This document shows positions 51,572-63,214 of a stretch of DNA of 64,000 nucleotides, in pieces. The notes beneath the pieces were generated by a model that saw only the letters and a list, made by a program, of their open reading frames with translations, was not told where the DNA came from and made no database searches. The stretch spans positions 209-64,208 of the forward strand of contig DASUQC010000026.1 in assembly GCA_036280745.1 (NCBI GenBank), in the 5' to 3' direction. Each line of letters starts with the position of its first letter. The stretch's first letter is position 1. The DNA comes from Solirubrobacterales bacterium (GTDB lineage Bacteria; Actinomycetota; Thermoleophilia; Solirubrobacterales; 70-9). A program made the position numbers and the translations under genes.

Positions 51572-52141
51572 CATCAGCGCCGCGGCCTCCTCGTCGTCGA
51601 GGCCCTGGGTGCGGGTCAGGTCCTGCCAGGTGCGGAAGGAGAGGGCGTGGCCGACCGCGGCGCGGGTGCGGTCGCGGGCCTTGCCGCGCAGGCCCCTCCC
51701 CCGCATGAGGACGTCGGTGGCCTCGGCGAGGAAGGCGTGGAAGCCGCCCATCAGCTCGTCGACCACCGGCACGGTGGGGGCATCGCGCAGGAGCTTGTCG
51801 AGCATCCCCTCGGTCTGCCGGTAGTAGGCGTAGAGCGCGGCGAGGGCGGTGTCGAGGCGCTCGCCGGGGTCGGCGAGGGCGGCCCAGGCGCCGACGTCGG
51901 GCGGTGGGTTGGCTTCGCCCCAGTGGGCGGAGCAGGCGCCGAACAGGGCCCGCTCGTCGGGAAAGTGCCGGTAGAGGGTCGAGCGCCGGACCCCGGCGTG
52001 CTCGGCGACGGCGCTCATCGAGGTGCGGGCGGGGCCGAGCGAGCCGTGCAGCTCGACCGCGCTCTCGGTGATCCGCAGCCGCGTCTGCGCCTCCGCCTCG
52101 GCGCGGCGCTTCTTCTCGTACTTTCGCTTTCGATCGGACAT
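51548..52141 (-). CDS. TetR-family transcriptional regulator
   Basis: The start is at the ATG at 52139-52141 (MSDRKRKYEKKRR...). The HTH reads RITESAVELHGSLGPARTSMSAVAEHAGVRRSTLYRHF. Confidence 0.85.
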
Positions 52142-52224
52142 GGGTGTACGACCAATATTGACAGATGCGCAGGTTGCGTCTACTCTTTCGCGCAACAGTA
52201 GTGTTCAACGAAAGGAGAAGGACG

Positions 52225-52740
52225 ATGGCGACGGTGATTGGTCCCTACGACGGCAAGGCGGGCTTCCTCGGCAGCATCGGGGTCCGGTTCATGATCGACG
52301 GCGAGGACGCGGGCGGCGATTTCTCGCTGGTCGAACACCCCCTCTCCCCGCGGGCGCTGGCGGCGCCGCTGCACCGGCACACCCGCGAGGACGAGTACAG
52401 CTTCGTGCTCGAGGGGCGGATGGGCGGGCTGCTCGGCGACGAGGTGGTGGAGGCGGGCCCGGGCGACCTCGTCTTCAAGCCGCGCAACGAGTGGCACACC
52501 TTCTGGAACGCGGGCGACGAGCCGTGCCGGATCCTCGAGATCATCGCCCCGGCCGGGTTCGAGCACTTCTTCGAGGAGCTGGTCGAGATGGGCGGCGTGC
52601 TCGCCGCCGACCCCGACGACATGGCGGACCTCAGCGACCGCTACGGCCTGGAAATGAAACCGGAGACCGTCCCCGGGCTGCTGGAGCGGTTCGGCCTGGT
52701 CCTCGGAGAGCCGGTTGAGGGGGCGCTGGCGCTCGCATAG
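52225..52740 (+). CDS. Cupin-domain protein
   Basis: 171 aa starting at the ATG at 52225 after AAAGGAG. Cupin motifs are PLHRHTREDEYSFVLEG and FKPRNEWHTFWN. It is divergent from the TetR gene, and a TTGACA-17-TACTCT promoter-like pair lies in the gap. Confidence 0.75.
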   Translation: MATVIGPYDGKAGFLGSIGVRFMIDGEDAGGDFSLVEHPLSPRALAAPLHRHTREDEYSFVLEGRMGGLLGDEVVEAGPGDLVFKPRNEWHTFWNAGDEPCRILEIIAPAGFEHFFEELVEMGGVLAADPDDMADLSDRYGLEMKPETVPGLLERFGLVLGEPVEGALALA

Positions 52741-52764
52741 CGCCGCAAATACCGGGATACCGAG

Positions 52765-52803
52765 CCCGGCAGGGTAGCCGCGCGGCGCTGCTACCCTGCC
52801 GGG
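52765..52803 (+). terminator. Hairpin between the cupin gene and purF
   Basis: A 14-bp perfect stem pairs CCCGGCAGGGTAGC (52765-52778) with GCTACCCTGCCGGG (52790-52803), with an 11-nt loop. Confidence 0.55.
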
Positions 52804-52812
52804 GTAGGCAAT

Positions 52813-54303
52813 GTGCCTGCGCGTCCTGTGTCTCTAACCAGCGAGGAAAGCGCGCTCTTGAACATCGCCGAGCGGCCTCTGACCGACCGCGACGGCCCGC
52901 GCGACGAATGCGGGGTGTTCGGCGTATACGCGCCCGGCCACGACGTCTCCCGCCTCGCCTACTTCGGGCTCTACGCGCTGCAGCACCGCGGCCAGGAGTC
53001 GGCCGGGATCGCCACCTGCGAGGGCGGCCACATCACGACGATGCGCGACTCGGGCCTCGTCTCCCAGGTCTTCGACGAGGAGAAGCTGCGGGCGCTGGAG
53101 GGCGACATGGCGATCGGCCACGTGCGCTACTCGACCACCGGCGGCGGCTCCTGGGAGAACGCGCAGCCGGTCTGGCGCGACGACGGCCGCGAGCTGGCCC
53201 TCGCCCACAACGGCAACCTGACCAACGCGGTCGAGCTCTGGGCGGAGCTGAAGGAGCGCGGGATCGACTTCCGCGGCACCTCCGACTCGGAGATCATCGC
53301 GGCGCTGCTCTCCTCCCACGGCGGCAAGATGATCGAGGACGCGGTCAGCGACGTGATGCCGCGGCTGCAGGGCGCCTACTCGACCGTGGTCATGACCAAG
53401 CGGGCGATCGTCGCCTTCCGCGACCCGCACGGGATCCGGCCGCTCAGCCTCGGCCGGTTGGAGGACCGGTTCGTGGTCGCCTCGGAGAGCTGCGCCTTCG
53501 ACATCATCGGCGCCGAGCTGATGCGCGAAGTGCACCCCGGCGAGATGGTCTCGCTGACCGAGCGCGGGCTGGAGACGCGCCAGGTGGTGAAGACCGACCG
53601 CCGCGCCAGCTGCGTCTTCGAGCACATCTACTTCTCCCGCCCCGACAGCCGCCTCGAGGGCAAGGTCCTGCAGCAGGCGCGGGGGCGGATGGGCGAGATC
53701 CTCTTCCGCGAGGCGCCGGTCGACGCCGACCTGGTGATCGCCGTGCCGGACTCCGGCAACCCGGCGGCTGCGGGCTTCGCGCGGGCCTCGGGGCTGCCCC
53801 GCGACGACGGCCTGATCAAGAACCGCTACGTCGCCCGCACCTTCATCCAGCCCGGCCAGGAGCTGCGCAAACACGGGCTGCGGCTGAAGTTCAACCCGCT
53901 GCCGGAGATCGTCGCCGGCCAGCGGATCGTGATCGTCGACGACTCGATCGTGCGCGGCAACACGACCCGGCAGATCGTCGGGATGCTGCGCGACGCCGGC
54001 GCCCGCGAGGTCCACCTGCGGATCTCGGCGCCGCCGATCCGCAACCCCTGCCACTACGGGGTCGACATGTCGACCCGCGAGGAGATGATCGCCCACGGCC
54101 GCACCGTGCAGGAGATCGCCGAGGAGCTCGACGCCGACTCGCTCGCCTACCTCTCGCTGGAGGGGGTCTACGAGGCGATCGAAGGCGACCCGGGCGAGCA
54201 CTGCGACGCTTGCTTCAGCGGCCACTACCCGCTCGGCGACCCCGACGAGGCGAACGGCAAATTCGCCCTCGAGACGGTGGCGGCAGCCCCCGCGAGCAGA
54301 TAG
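52813..54303 (+). CDS. purF: Amidophosphoribosyltransferase
   Basis: It has the Ntn nucleophile context (DECGVFGVYA) and a PRPP loop (IVIVDDSIVRGNT). A plausible alternative start is TTG at 52858, preceded by GAGGAA. Confidence 0.95.
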   Translation: MPARPVSLTSEESALLNIAERPLTDRDGPRDECGVFGVYAPGHDVSRLAYFGLYALQHRGQESAGIATCEGGHITTMRDSGLVSQVFDEEKLRALEGDMAIGHVRYSTTGGGSWENAQPVWRDDGRELALAHNGNLTNAVELWAELKERGIDFRGTSDSEIIAALLSSHGGKMIEDAVSDVMPRLQGAYSTVVMTKRAIVAFRDPHGIRPLSLGRLEDRFVVASESCAFDIIGAELMREVHPGEMVSLTERGLETRQVVKTDRRASCVFEHIYFSRPDSRLEGKVLQQARGRMGEILFREAPVDADLVIAVPDSGNPAAAGFARASGLPRDDGLIKNRYVARTFIQPGQELRKHGLRLKFNPLPEIVAGQRIVIVDDSIVRGNTTRQIVGMLRDAGAREVHLRISAPPIRNPCHYGVDMSTREEMIAHGRTVQEIAEELDADSLAYLSLEGVYEAIEGDPGEHCDACFSGHYPLGDPDEANGKFALETVAAAPASR

Positions 54304-54312
54304 GGTCGCCGC

Positions 54313-55461
54313 ATGGGGCAGGCTTGGAAGCGGATGGGGACTGCGGCGTGCGTCGTCGCGCTGGCGGGCCTGGTGTTCGCCGCGGCGGCCCCGGCCAAGT
54401 TCCGCGGCGCGCCCAACTCCGGGTTGCAGCGCGCGCTCGATGAGATCGTCGACGCGCCGGGGGGACCGCCCGGCGTCTCGGTCCTGCTCGACCGTGGGCC
54501 GCACCGCGAGTACCTCTGGGCGGGCGTCGCCGATACGCGCTCGAACCGGCCCCCGACCCCCTTCGACCACTTCCGCATCGCCAGCGTCGCCAAGGCCTTC
54601 AACTCCTACATCGGGGTCAAGCTGGTCGGTAACGGCGCCCTCGGCCTGGACCAGACGCTGAAGGAGTCGATCCCCGGCGTGCTGCCGGCGGCCGAAGGGG
54701 TGAAGCTGCGCGAGCTGCTCCAGCACACCAGCGGCATCGCCGAGTACATCACCACCCCCGCCTTCGGCCAGCGGCTGACCGCCGACCCGGCTGCCTACAT
54801 CTCGCCCTTCGAACTGACCGAGTACGTGCGCAACGCGCCGCTCGGGTTCGCGCCGGGCTCGCGGTACCACTACTCCGACACCGACAACATCGCCGCAGGG
54901 CTGATGGAGGAAGTAGCGAGCGGGCTGAACTACGAACAGCTGCTGCAGCGGCGGGTCTTCGGGCCGCTGAAGATGCCGAGCAGCAGCCTGCCGCGGACGA
55001 TCGCGATGCCGCGACCGTTCATGCACGGGTACGACGTCGAGCCGGGCAGCAAACCGGAGGACGTGAGCGAACTGATCAACCCGGCCGGCGCCTGGGCCTC
55101 GGGCGGGATCGTCTCGACGCCGCTCGACCTCGCCCGCTTCGCGCGCCGCTACGTGCCGACGGTCCTCGCCGCGACGCGCGAGCTCGACGGCCCCTTCCGG
55201 CCCGGATCCTCCTCGCCCCCGGGGCCGGGGAAGAACCTCGCCGGGCTCGGCATCTTCCGCTACCGGACCGGCTGCGGCACCGTCTACGGCCACACCGGCT
55301 CCTTCCCGGGCTACCGCATCCTGCTCGCCGCCAGCGCGGACGGCAAGCGCTCGGTCGTCTTCGTCGCCACCTCGCAGATCGTTCCCGGTCAGGGCTCGCC
55401 GAAGGTCGCGAAGGCGATCACCCAGGCGCAGGGCCGCGCCATCTGCCGCGCGCTCAGCTAG
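54313..55461 (+). CDS. Secreted serine hydrolase (class C beta-lactamase / DD-peptidase family)
   Basis: It has a signal peptide and an SxxK motif (RIASVAKAF). 382 aa. Confidence 0.8.
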   Translation: MGQAWKRMGTAACVVALAGLVFAAAAPAKFRGAPNSGLQRALDEIVDAPGGPPGVSVLLDRGPHREYLWAGVADTRSNRPPTPFDHFRIASVAKAFNSYIGVKLVGNGALGLDQTLKESIPGVLPAAEGVKLRELLQHTSGIAEYITTPAFGQRLTADPAAYISPFELTEYVRNAPLGFAPGSRYHYSDTDNIAAGLMEEVASGLNYEQLLQRRVFGPLKMPSSSLPRTIAMPRPFMHGYDVEPGSKPEDVSELINPAGAWASGGIVSTPLDLARFARRYVPTVLAATRELDGPFRPGSSSPPGPGKNLAGLGIFRYRTGCGTVYGHTGSFPGYRILLAASADGKRSVVFVATSQIVPGQGSPKVAKAITQAQGRAICRALS

Positions 55462-56417
55462 GGCGTCAGGTCGGCGACGAGGTCGGCCGCGGGGCGGACG
55501 TCGTCGATGCGCGCGACCGCCTCCCCCGCGTAGAGCGGGCCGGCCTCGACCAGGGTCTCCGGGCCGTCGTCGGTCGGGCCGATCGGGGTGAGCAGGCGGC
55601 TGCCGGGGCGCTGGGCGCGGGCGAGGCGCAGCTGCGCGGAGGTGGGCAGGTAACGGGCGCCGATCCCGGACAACCGGTTCAGCCCCCGGTTCAGGGCGGG
55701 GCCGCGCGGGTCTTCACCGAGCCAGCGCGCGGTCGCCTCGTTCGGGACGACGCGGTGCGGGGCCGGCCAGCCGGCGCCGAACAGCTCGGTGAGGAGGGTC
55801 TGCTCGGCGTCCAAGAGACGGCGGCGGTACTGCGGGTGGGCGCGGCTCTCGTCGGAGAGCAGGAAGCGGGTGCCGGCGACGGCCGCGACCGCGCCGGCGT
55901 CGAGCGCCGCGGCGACGTCGGCGCGCTCGGCGATCCCACCGGCGAGCAGCAGCGGGAACTCGGGGGGCAGGGCGGCGCGGGCGCGCTCCAGCAGCTCCAA
56001 GGCGGGCACGGTGCCGCGGACGTGGCCGCCGGCCTCGACCCCCTGCACGATCGCCGCGTCGGCGCCGGCGGCGTGGGCGGCGTGCGCCTCCGCCACGCTG
56101 CCGCACTGGTGGGCCCAGGCGCCCGGGGTGCGGCGCTTCGGCCTCCCCCAGAAGGTGACGACGACGTCGGCCTCCCGCGCCGCCTCGAACCAGTCGGGCC
56201 GCGCGAACGGCAGCAGCAGGTTGACGGCGAGCGGCCGCTCGGTGAGGGCGCGCGCCGCCCGCAGCTCACTCGCGATCGCCGCGCCGCCGCCGACCGCGAT
56301 CGTCCCCAGGCCGCCGGCCTCGGAGACCGCCGCGGCGAGCCCGTGGCGGCTGAGGCCACCCCCCATCCCGGCCTGGACGACCGGCTTGTCGAGGCGAAGG
56401 CGATCGAGCAGCGTCAC
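55458..56417 (-). CDS. Nitronate monooxygenase (NMO / FabK-like FMN oxidoreductase)
   Basis: 319 aa with PVVQAGMGGG...GGLGTIA and GTRFLLSDES. Confidence 0.83.
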   Translation of the reverse strand: MTLLDRLRLDKPVVQAGMGGGLSRHGLAAAVSEAGGLGTIAVGGGAAIASELRAARALTERPLAVNLLLPFARPDWFEAAREADVVVTFWGRPKRRTPGAWAHQCGSVAEAHAAHAAGADAAIVQGVEAGGHVRGTVPALELLERARAALPPEFPLLLAGGIAERADVAAALDAGAVAAVAGTRFLLSDESRAHPQYRRRLLDAEQTLLTELFGAGWPAPHRVVPNEATARWLGEDPRGPALNRGLNRLSGIGARYLPTSAQLRLARAQRPGSRLLTPIGPTDDGPETLVEAGPLYAGEAVARIDDVRPAADLVADLTP

Positions 56418-56533
56418 GAAGCGATAATGCCAGGCGTGAATCCTCTAAGTCGTTCGAGACGAAACGTGGCCAAGCAGATCAAGGACGCAGGGAGCGTGGC
56501 GTGCTCTGCACGCGAGCGACCGAGGACGTAGAG

Positions 56534-57157
56534 ATGCGCCGTGCCACGTTTCGTCTCGTCGTCCTCGCCTCCGGCAGCGGCACCAACCTGCAGGCGATCC
56601 TCGACCAGCTGCACGGGCGCGACGGCATCGAGGTGGTCGGCGTGGGGTCCGACAAGCCCGGCGCGCGGGCGCTGGAGCGGGCGGCGGCGGGCGGCGTCGA
56701 CACCGCCGTCTTCCCCGCCGACGCCTACGAGGACCGGATCGGGCGCGACGCGGCGCTGGCCGACTGGGTCGAAGCGCGGCGCGCCGACCTCGTCGTGCTC
56801 GCCGGCTACATGCAGCTGCTGAGCGAACCGTTCATCGCCCGCTTCCGGGGCCGGGTGGTCAACATCCACCCCGCCCTGCTGCCGGCCTTCCCCGGCCTCG
56901 ACGCGATCGGCCAGGCATTGGCGGCCGGGGCGCAGGAGACCGGCGTCACCGTCCACTTCGTCGACGAGGGGATCGACACCGGGCCGACGATCCTCCAGCG
57001 CCGGGTGCCGGTCCCGGTCGGCCGCGAGCGCCAGCCGCTCGAGGCGGCGATCCACTCGGTCGAGCACCAGCTCTACCCGGAGGCGATCCGCATGATCGCG
57101 GAGGGCCGGGTTAGGATCGACGCCGACGACCCGACGGTCGTCCAAATCGATGACTGA
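56534..57157 (+). CDS. purN: Phosphoribosylglycinamide formyltransferase
   Basis: The text reads LVVLASGSGTNLQAILD, NIHPALLPAF and VHFVDEGIDTGP. I prefer the ATG at 56534 to the GTG at 56501. Confidence 0.9.
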   Translation: MRRATFRLVVLASGSGTNLQAILDQLHGRDGIEVVGVGSDKPGARALERAAAGGVDTAVFPADAYEDRIGRDAALADWVEARRADLVVLAGYMQLLSEPFIARFRGRVVNIHPALLPAFPGLDAIGQALAAGAQETGVTVHFVDEGIDTGPTILQRRVPVPVGRERQPLEAAIHSVEHQLYPEAIRMIAEGRVRIDADDPTVVQIDD

Positions 57158-58766
57158 GCCCGCCCCCGACACCACCGAGAACGCCGTCAGCGACGGCGCG
57201 GTCCGGGTGCGCAGGGCGCTGATCTCGGTCTCCGACAAGACCGGGGTCGCCGACTTCGCCAGGAGCCTGGCGGCGCTCGGGGTCGAGGTCCTCTCCACCG
57301 GCGGGACCGCGACGGCGCTGCGCGACGCCGGCCTCGAGGTCACCGACGTCTCCGAGTTCACCGGTCAGGAGGAGATCCTCGACGGCCGCGTGAAGACGCT
57401 GCACCCGCGACTGCACGCGGCGCTGCTGGCGCGGCGCGACGACCCGGAGCACATGGCGACGCTGGAGCGCGAGGGGATCGAGCCCATCGACCTGGTCTGC
57501 GTCAACCTCTACCCGTTCGAGCGCACCGTGGCCGGGCATGAGGTGGCGCCCGAGGTGGCGATCGAGAACATCGACATCGGCGGGCCGACGATGATCCGCG
57601 CCGCCGCCAAGAACCACGAGGGCGTCGCGGTCGTGGTCAAGCCGGAGTCCTACGACGCGGTCTGCGCCGAGCTGGAGGAGGGCGGCGGCGAGATCTCCGC
57701 CTCGACCCGGCACTGGCTGGCCAACGAGGCGTTCGCCCAGACCGCCCGCTACGACGCCGCGATCAGCCGCTGGTTCTCGGCCGAGTACGAGGACTTCCCG
57801 GAACACCTGGCGGTCGCCTACGAGAAGGTGCTCGACCTCTCCTACGGCGAGAACCCGCACCAACGGGCGGCGCTCTACTCGGAGGCAGGGGCGCGCAGCC
57901 ACGTCCTCTCGCGGGTCTCGAAGCTGCACGGCAAGGCGCTCTCCTTCAACAACGTGCTCGACCTCGACTCGGCGCGAGGGCTGGTCGACGACTTCGAGGA
58001 GCCGGCCTGCGTGATCGTCAAGCACAACAACCCCTGCGGGGTGGCGGTCGGGGCCGACGCGCTCGAGGCCTACCTGAAGGCGCTCGCCTGCGACCCGCTC
58101 TCGGCCTACGGCGGCGTGATCGCGGTCAACCGCCCGGTCGGCCGCGAGCTGGCCGCGGAGCTGCACAGGAACTTCGTCGAGGTGCTGAACGCGCCCGGCT
58201 TCGAGGACGGAGCGCTGGAGCTGCTGCAGCAGAAGGAGGCGATCCGCATCCTCTGCGAGGAGGAGCGGCGCCAGCCCGACCCGCAGGAGCGCGACCTCAA
58301 ACGGGTGCACGGCGGCCTCCTGATTCAGGACCGCGACGGCGATCCCGAGCCGCGGGAGATCATGGAGGTGGTGACGCAGACGCAGCCGAGCGAGGAGCAG
58401 TGGCGCGACCTGCTCTTCGCCTGGACGGTGGTGCGGCGCGTCCGCTCCAACGCGATCGTGCTCGCCAGGGGCGGGGCAACGCTCGGGATCGGCGCCGGCC
58501 AGATGAGCCGGGTCGACTCGGTCCGCCTCTCGGTCGAGAAGTGCCGCGACGCGCGCGGCGGGGAGGCCGCCGGCCTCCTGACCGGCTCCGCCCTCGCCTC
58601 CGACGCCTTCTTCCCCTTCGCCGACGGTCCCGAGCTGGCGATCCAGGCCGGCGCCAACGCGGTGATCCAGCCGGGCGGCTCCAAACGCGACGCCGAGGTG
58701 ATCGAGGCCTGCGACGCCGCGGGCGTCGCGATGGTGTTCACGAAGCACCGGCACTTCCGTCACTGA
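57150..58766 (+). CDS. purH: Bifunctional AICAR transformylase / IMP cyclohydrolase
   Basis: 538 aa with an MGS-like N-domain (RALISVSDKTG) and an AICARFT domain (KHNNPCG). It overlaps purN by 8 nt. Confidence 0.96.
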   Translation: MTEPAPDTTENAVSDGAVRVRRALISVSDKTGVADFARSLAALGVEVLSTGGTATALRDAGLEVTDVSEFTGQEEILDGRVKTLHPRLHAALLARRDDPEHMATLEREGIEPIDLVCVNLYPFERTVAGHEVAPEVAIENIDIGGPTMIRAAAKNHEGVAVVVKPESYDAVCAELEEGGGEISASTRHWLANEAFAQTARYDAAISRWFSAEYEDFPEHLAVAYEKVLDLSYGENPHQRAALYSEAGARSHVLSRVSKLHGKALSFNNVLDLDSARGLVDDFEEPACVIVKHNNPCGVAVGADALEAYLKALACDPLSAYGGVIAVNRPVGRELAAELHRNFVEVLNAPGFEDGALELLQQKEAIRILCEEERRQPDPQERDLKRVHGGLLIQDRDGDPEPREIMEVVTQTQPSEEQWRDLLFAWTVVRRVRSNAIVLARGGATLGIGAGQMSRVDSVRLSVEKCRDARGGEAAGLLTGSALASDAFFPFADGPELAIQAGANAVIQPGGSKRDAEVIEACDAAGVAMVFTKHRHFRH

Positions 58767-58835
58767 GACGTTCGATTCAGCGTCCCACACGCGCGAACTT
58801 CGCCAATAGCGTCGTCCCGTCGCGGCCGCGGCAAC

Positions 58836-58933
58836 GCCCCGGCCGCCGGACGCGGGCTCCATCCTCACGAAGTGGGTTGGCGGGTTCGACTCCCGCCCGG
58901 GGCGCTACGATGGGACAACGTGAGGATGGAGCC
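58836..58933 (+). other. tRNA-like fragment (acceptor stem plus T-arm only) overlapping a 15-bp perfect inverted repeat
   Basis: GCCCCGG (58836-58842) can pair with CCGGGGC (58897-58903). These arms flank a canonical T-arm GCGGG-TTCGACT-CCCGC (58880-58896). The intervening 37 nt does not fold into D and anticodon arms. GGCTCCATCCTCACG (58855-58869) pairs perfectly with CGTGAGGATGGAGCC (58919-58933). Confidence 0.3.
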
Positions 58934-58960
58934 GTGAAGTTCGGCGGCAACCCCCTTGAG

Positions 58961-58984
58961 AACGGCCCGCTTCGGCGGGCCGTT
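58961..58984. terminator. Hairpin with a TTCG tetraloop between purH and the convergent LOG gene
   Basis: AACGGCCCGC-TTCG-GCGGGCCGTT forms a 10-bp perfect stem. Confidence 0.6.
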
Positions 58985-58988
58985 TGCC

Positions 58989-59723
<735 letters not shown>

Positions 59724-59732
59724 GTCCCCGGC

Positions 59733-60080
59733 TCAGCGCAAGCAGTCGTCAAGCGGCATCGATCCCTGAGAGCGGTGGACCTCGCCGTCGACTCGGGCGG
59801 TGACGAAAAGCTGTGCCTTCGTGTAGACGGTGTGCCCGCAAACCTCGCGAAGACCGGACAGTCGAATCTTCAGCGGCGCAAGACCGTAGGTGCTGATCCC
59901 GATCTTTCCCTTTGCCACCGCGATCGCCCCACCCCAGTGCAGCCAGTGCAGGCCTCGCGTGACGGCGATCGCGGCGTGGAAGGCCGGCTGGCCGCGGTGG
60001 TGAAAATCGCAGGAATGCGGGCGGGTGCGATAGGCGCCGGTCCCTAACAACCACTCGCGCCTGCGCTTGGTCCACCTCAC
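59733..60080 (-). CDS. Hypothetical protein (weak call)
   Basis: A 115-codon ORF in a lower-G+C patch directly downstream of the tRNA-Lys 3' end. No motif was recognised. Confidence 0.3.
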   Translation of the reverse strand: MRWTKRRREWLLGTGAYRTRPHSCDFHHRGQPAFHAAIAVTRGLHWLHWGGAIAVAKGKIGISTYGLAPLKIRLSGLREVCGHTVYTKAQLFVTARVDGEVHRSQGSMPLDDCLR

Positions 60081-60105
60081 TCGAGCCTCCTGACTGGTGT
60101 CCCCA

Positions 60106-60179
60106 TGCCCCCGGCGGGATTCGAACCCGCGCCGCGCGGCTTAAAAGGCCGCCGCTCTAACCAACTGAGCTACAGGGGC
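60106..60179 (-). tRNA. tRNA-Lys (anticodon UUU)
   Basis: The reverse complement reads GCCCCTG TA GCTC AGTTGGTTA GAGC G GCGGC CTTTTAA GCCGC GCGGC GCGGG TTCGAAT CCCGC CGGGGGC A. This is a canonical cloverleaf of 74 nt, with no encoded CCA. Confidence 0.9.
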
Positions 60180-60205
60180 GCGCGGCCCATGGTAGTCGGG
60201 CGGCG

Positions 60206-60252
60206 CTCAGGTCGTCGTTTGTCGGGATAGAGCCGAGAAACGACGACCTGAG
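60206..60252 (-). terminator. Hairpin downstream of thiSG
   Basis: A 15-bp perfect stem pairs CTCAGGTCGTCGTTT (60206-60220) with AAACGACGACCTGAG (60238-60252), 3 nt from the thiG stop. Confidence 0.6.
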
Positions 60253-60255
60253 GGG

Positions 60256-62390
<2,135 letters not shown>

Positions 62391-62398
62391 GCCACTTG

Positions 62399-62485
62399 CC
62401 TCCGCCGGCATTACCCGGATCAGGTCCAGACGGTCGGTGACCTCGGTGCCACCCTCTCAGCCCTCGCGGGCTCCCGTACACCACG
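62399..62485 (-). promoter_or_regulatory. TPP (THI-box) riboswitch controlling thiO-thiSG
   Basis: The minus strand reads ...GUACGGGAGCCCGCGAGGGCUGAGAGGGUGGCACCGAGGUCACCGACCGUCUGGACCUGAUCCGGGUAAUGCCGGCGGAGG. It contains the hallmark CUGAGA and ACCUGAUCYGGRUAAUGCCRGCG elements, with the GGAGG Shine-Dalgarno sequence immediately 3'. Confidence 0.85.
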
Positions 62486-62539
62486 ATGCTACCCGCCCCG
62501 GGCAGGCGGCAAGCGCCGCGACGAGTTCATAATCGGAGG

Positions 62540-63206
62540 ATGAGCCTCGCTCCCCCCGAGTCGGTCGGTCCCCTGCGCAAGGAGCGCCTGCGCACCGCCC
62601 GCCTCTACTTCGTCTGCGAGGCGCGGCCCGGCGGCGAGGACCCCGAAGCGCTGCTGCGGGCGGCGCTGAGCGGCGGCGTCGACATCGTGCAGCTGCGCGA
62701 GAAGGAGCTCGACCGCGAGGAGATCGAACGCGCCGCGGCCACCTTCCGCCGCGTCTGCGACACCTACAGCGCCCCCTTCATCGTCAACGACGACCCCGAG
62801 CTGGCCCGCTCCTGCGACGCCGACGGGGTCCACGTCGGCCAGGACGACGCCTCAGCCGAGGCGGCGCGCGAGCTGCTCGGGCCGGACGCGATCGTCGGCC
62901 TCTCGACCCACTCGCCCGAGCAGATGGCCGACGCCGCCGGCCGGCCGGTCGACTACATCAGCGCCGGGCCGATCTGGGAGACGCCGACGAAAGCGGGGCG
63001 ACCGGGGGTCGGGCTCGATTTCATCTCCCACGCCGCCGCGCACGCCCCCCACCCGTTCTTCGCGATCGGCGGCATCGACGCGTCCAACGCCGCGCAGGTG
63101 GTCGCGGCCGGGGCGCGGCGCCTCTGCGTGGTGCGGGCGATCCGCGACGCCGCCGAACCGGCCGCCGTCGCCGAGCAGCTGCGGAGGGTCCTGGGAGCGG
63201 CGCCGG

Positions 63207-63214
<8 letters not shown>
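62540..63214 (+). CDS. thiE: Thiamine-phosphate synthase
   Basis: The ATG at 62540 follows GGAGG. The text reads GGVDIVQLREKE, FIVNDD, DGVHVGQDD and FAIGGI. Confidence 0.9.

Noticed and set aside
58836-58904. Calling this 69-nt segment a functional tRNA gene
   Set aside because: Only the acceptor and T arms can be drawn. The 37 nt between them give no D-arm or 7-nt anticodon loop, and a stronger alternative 15-bp helix competes. It is reported only as a tRNA-like fragment.
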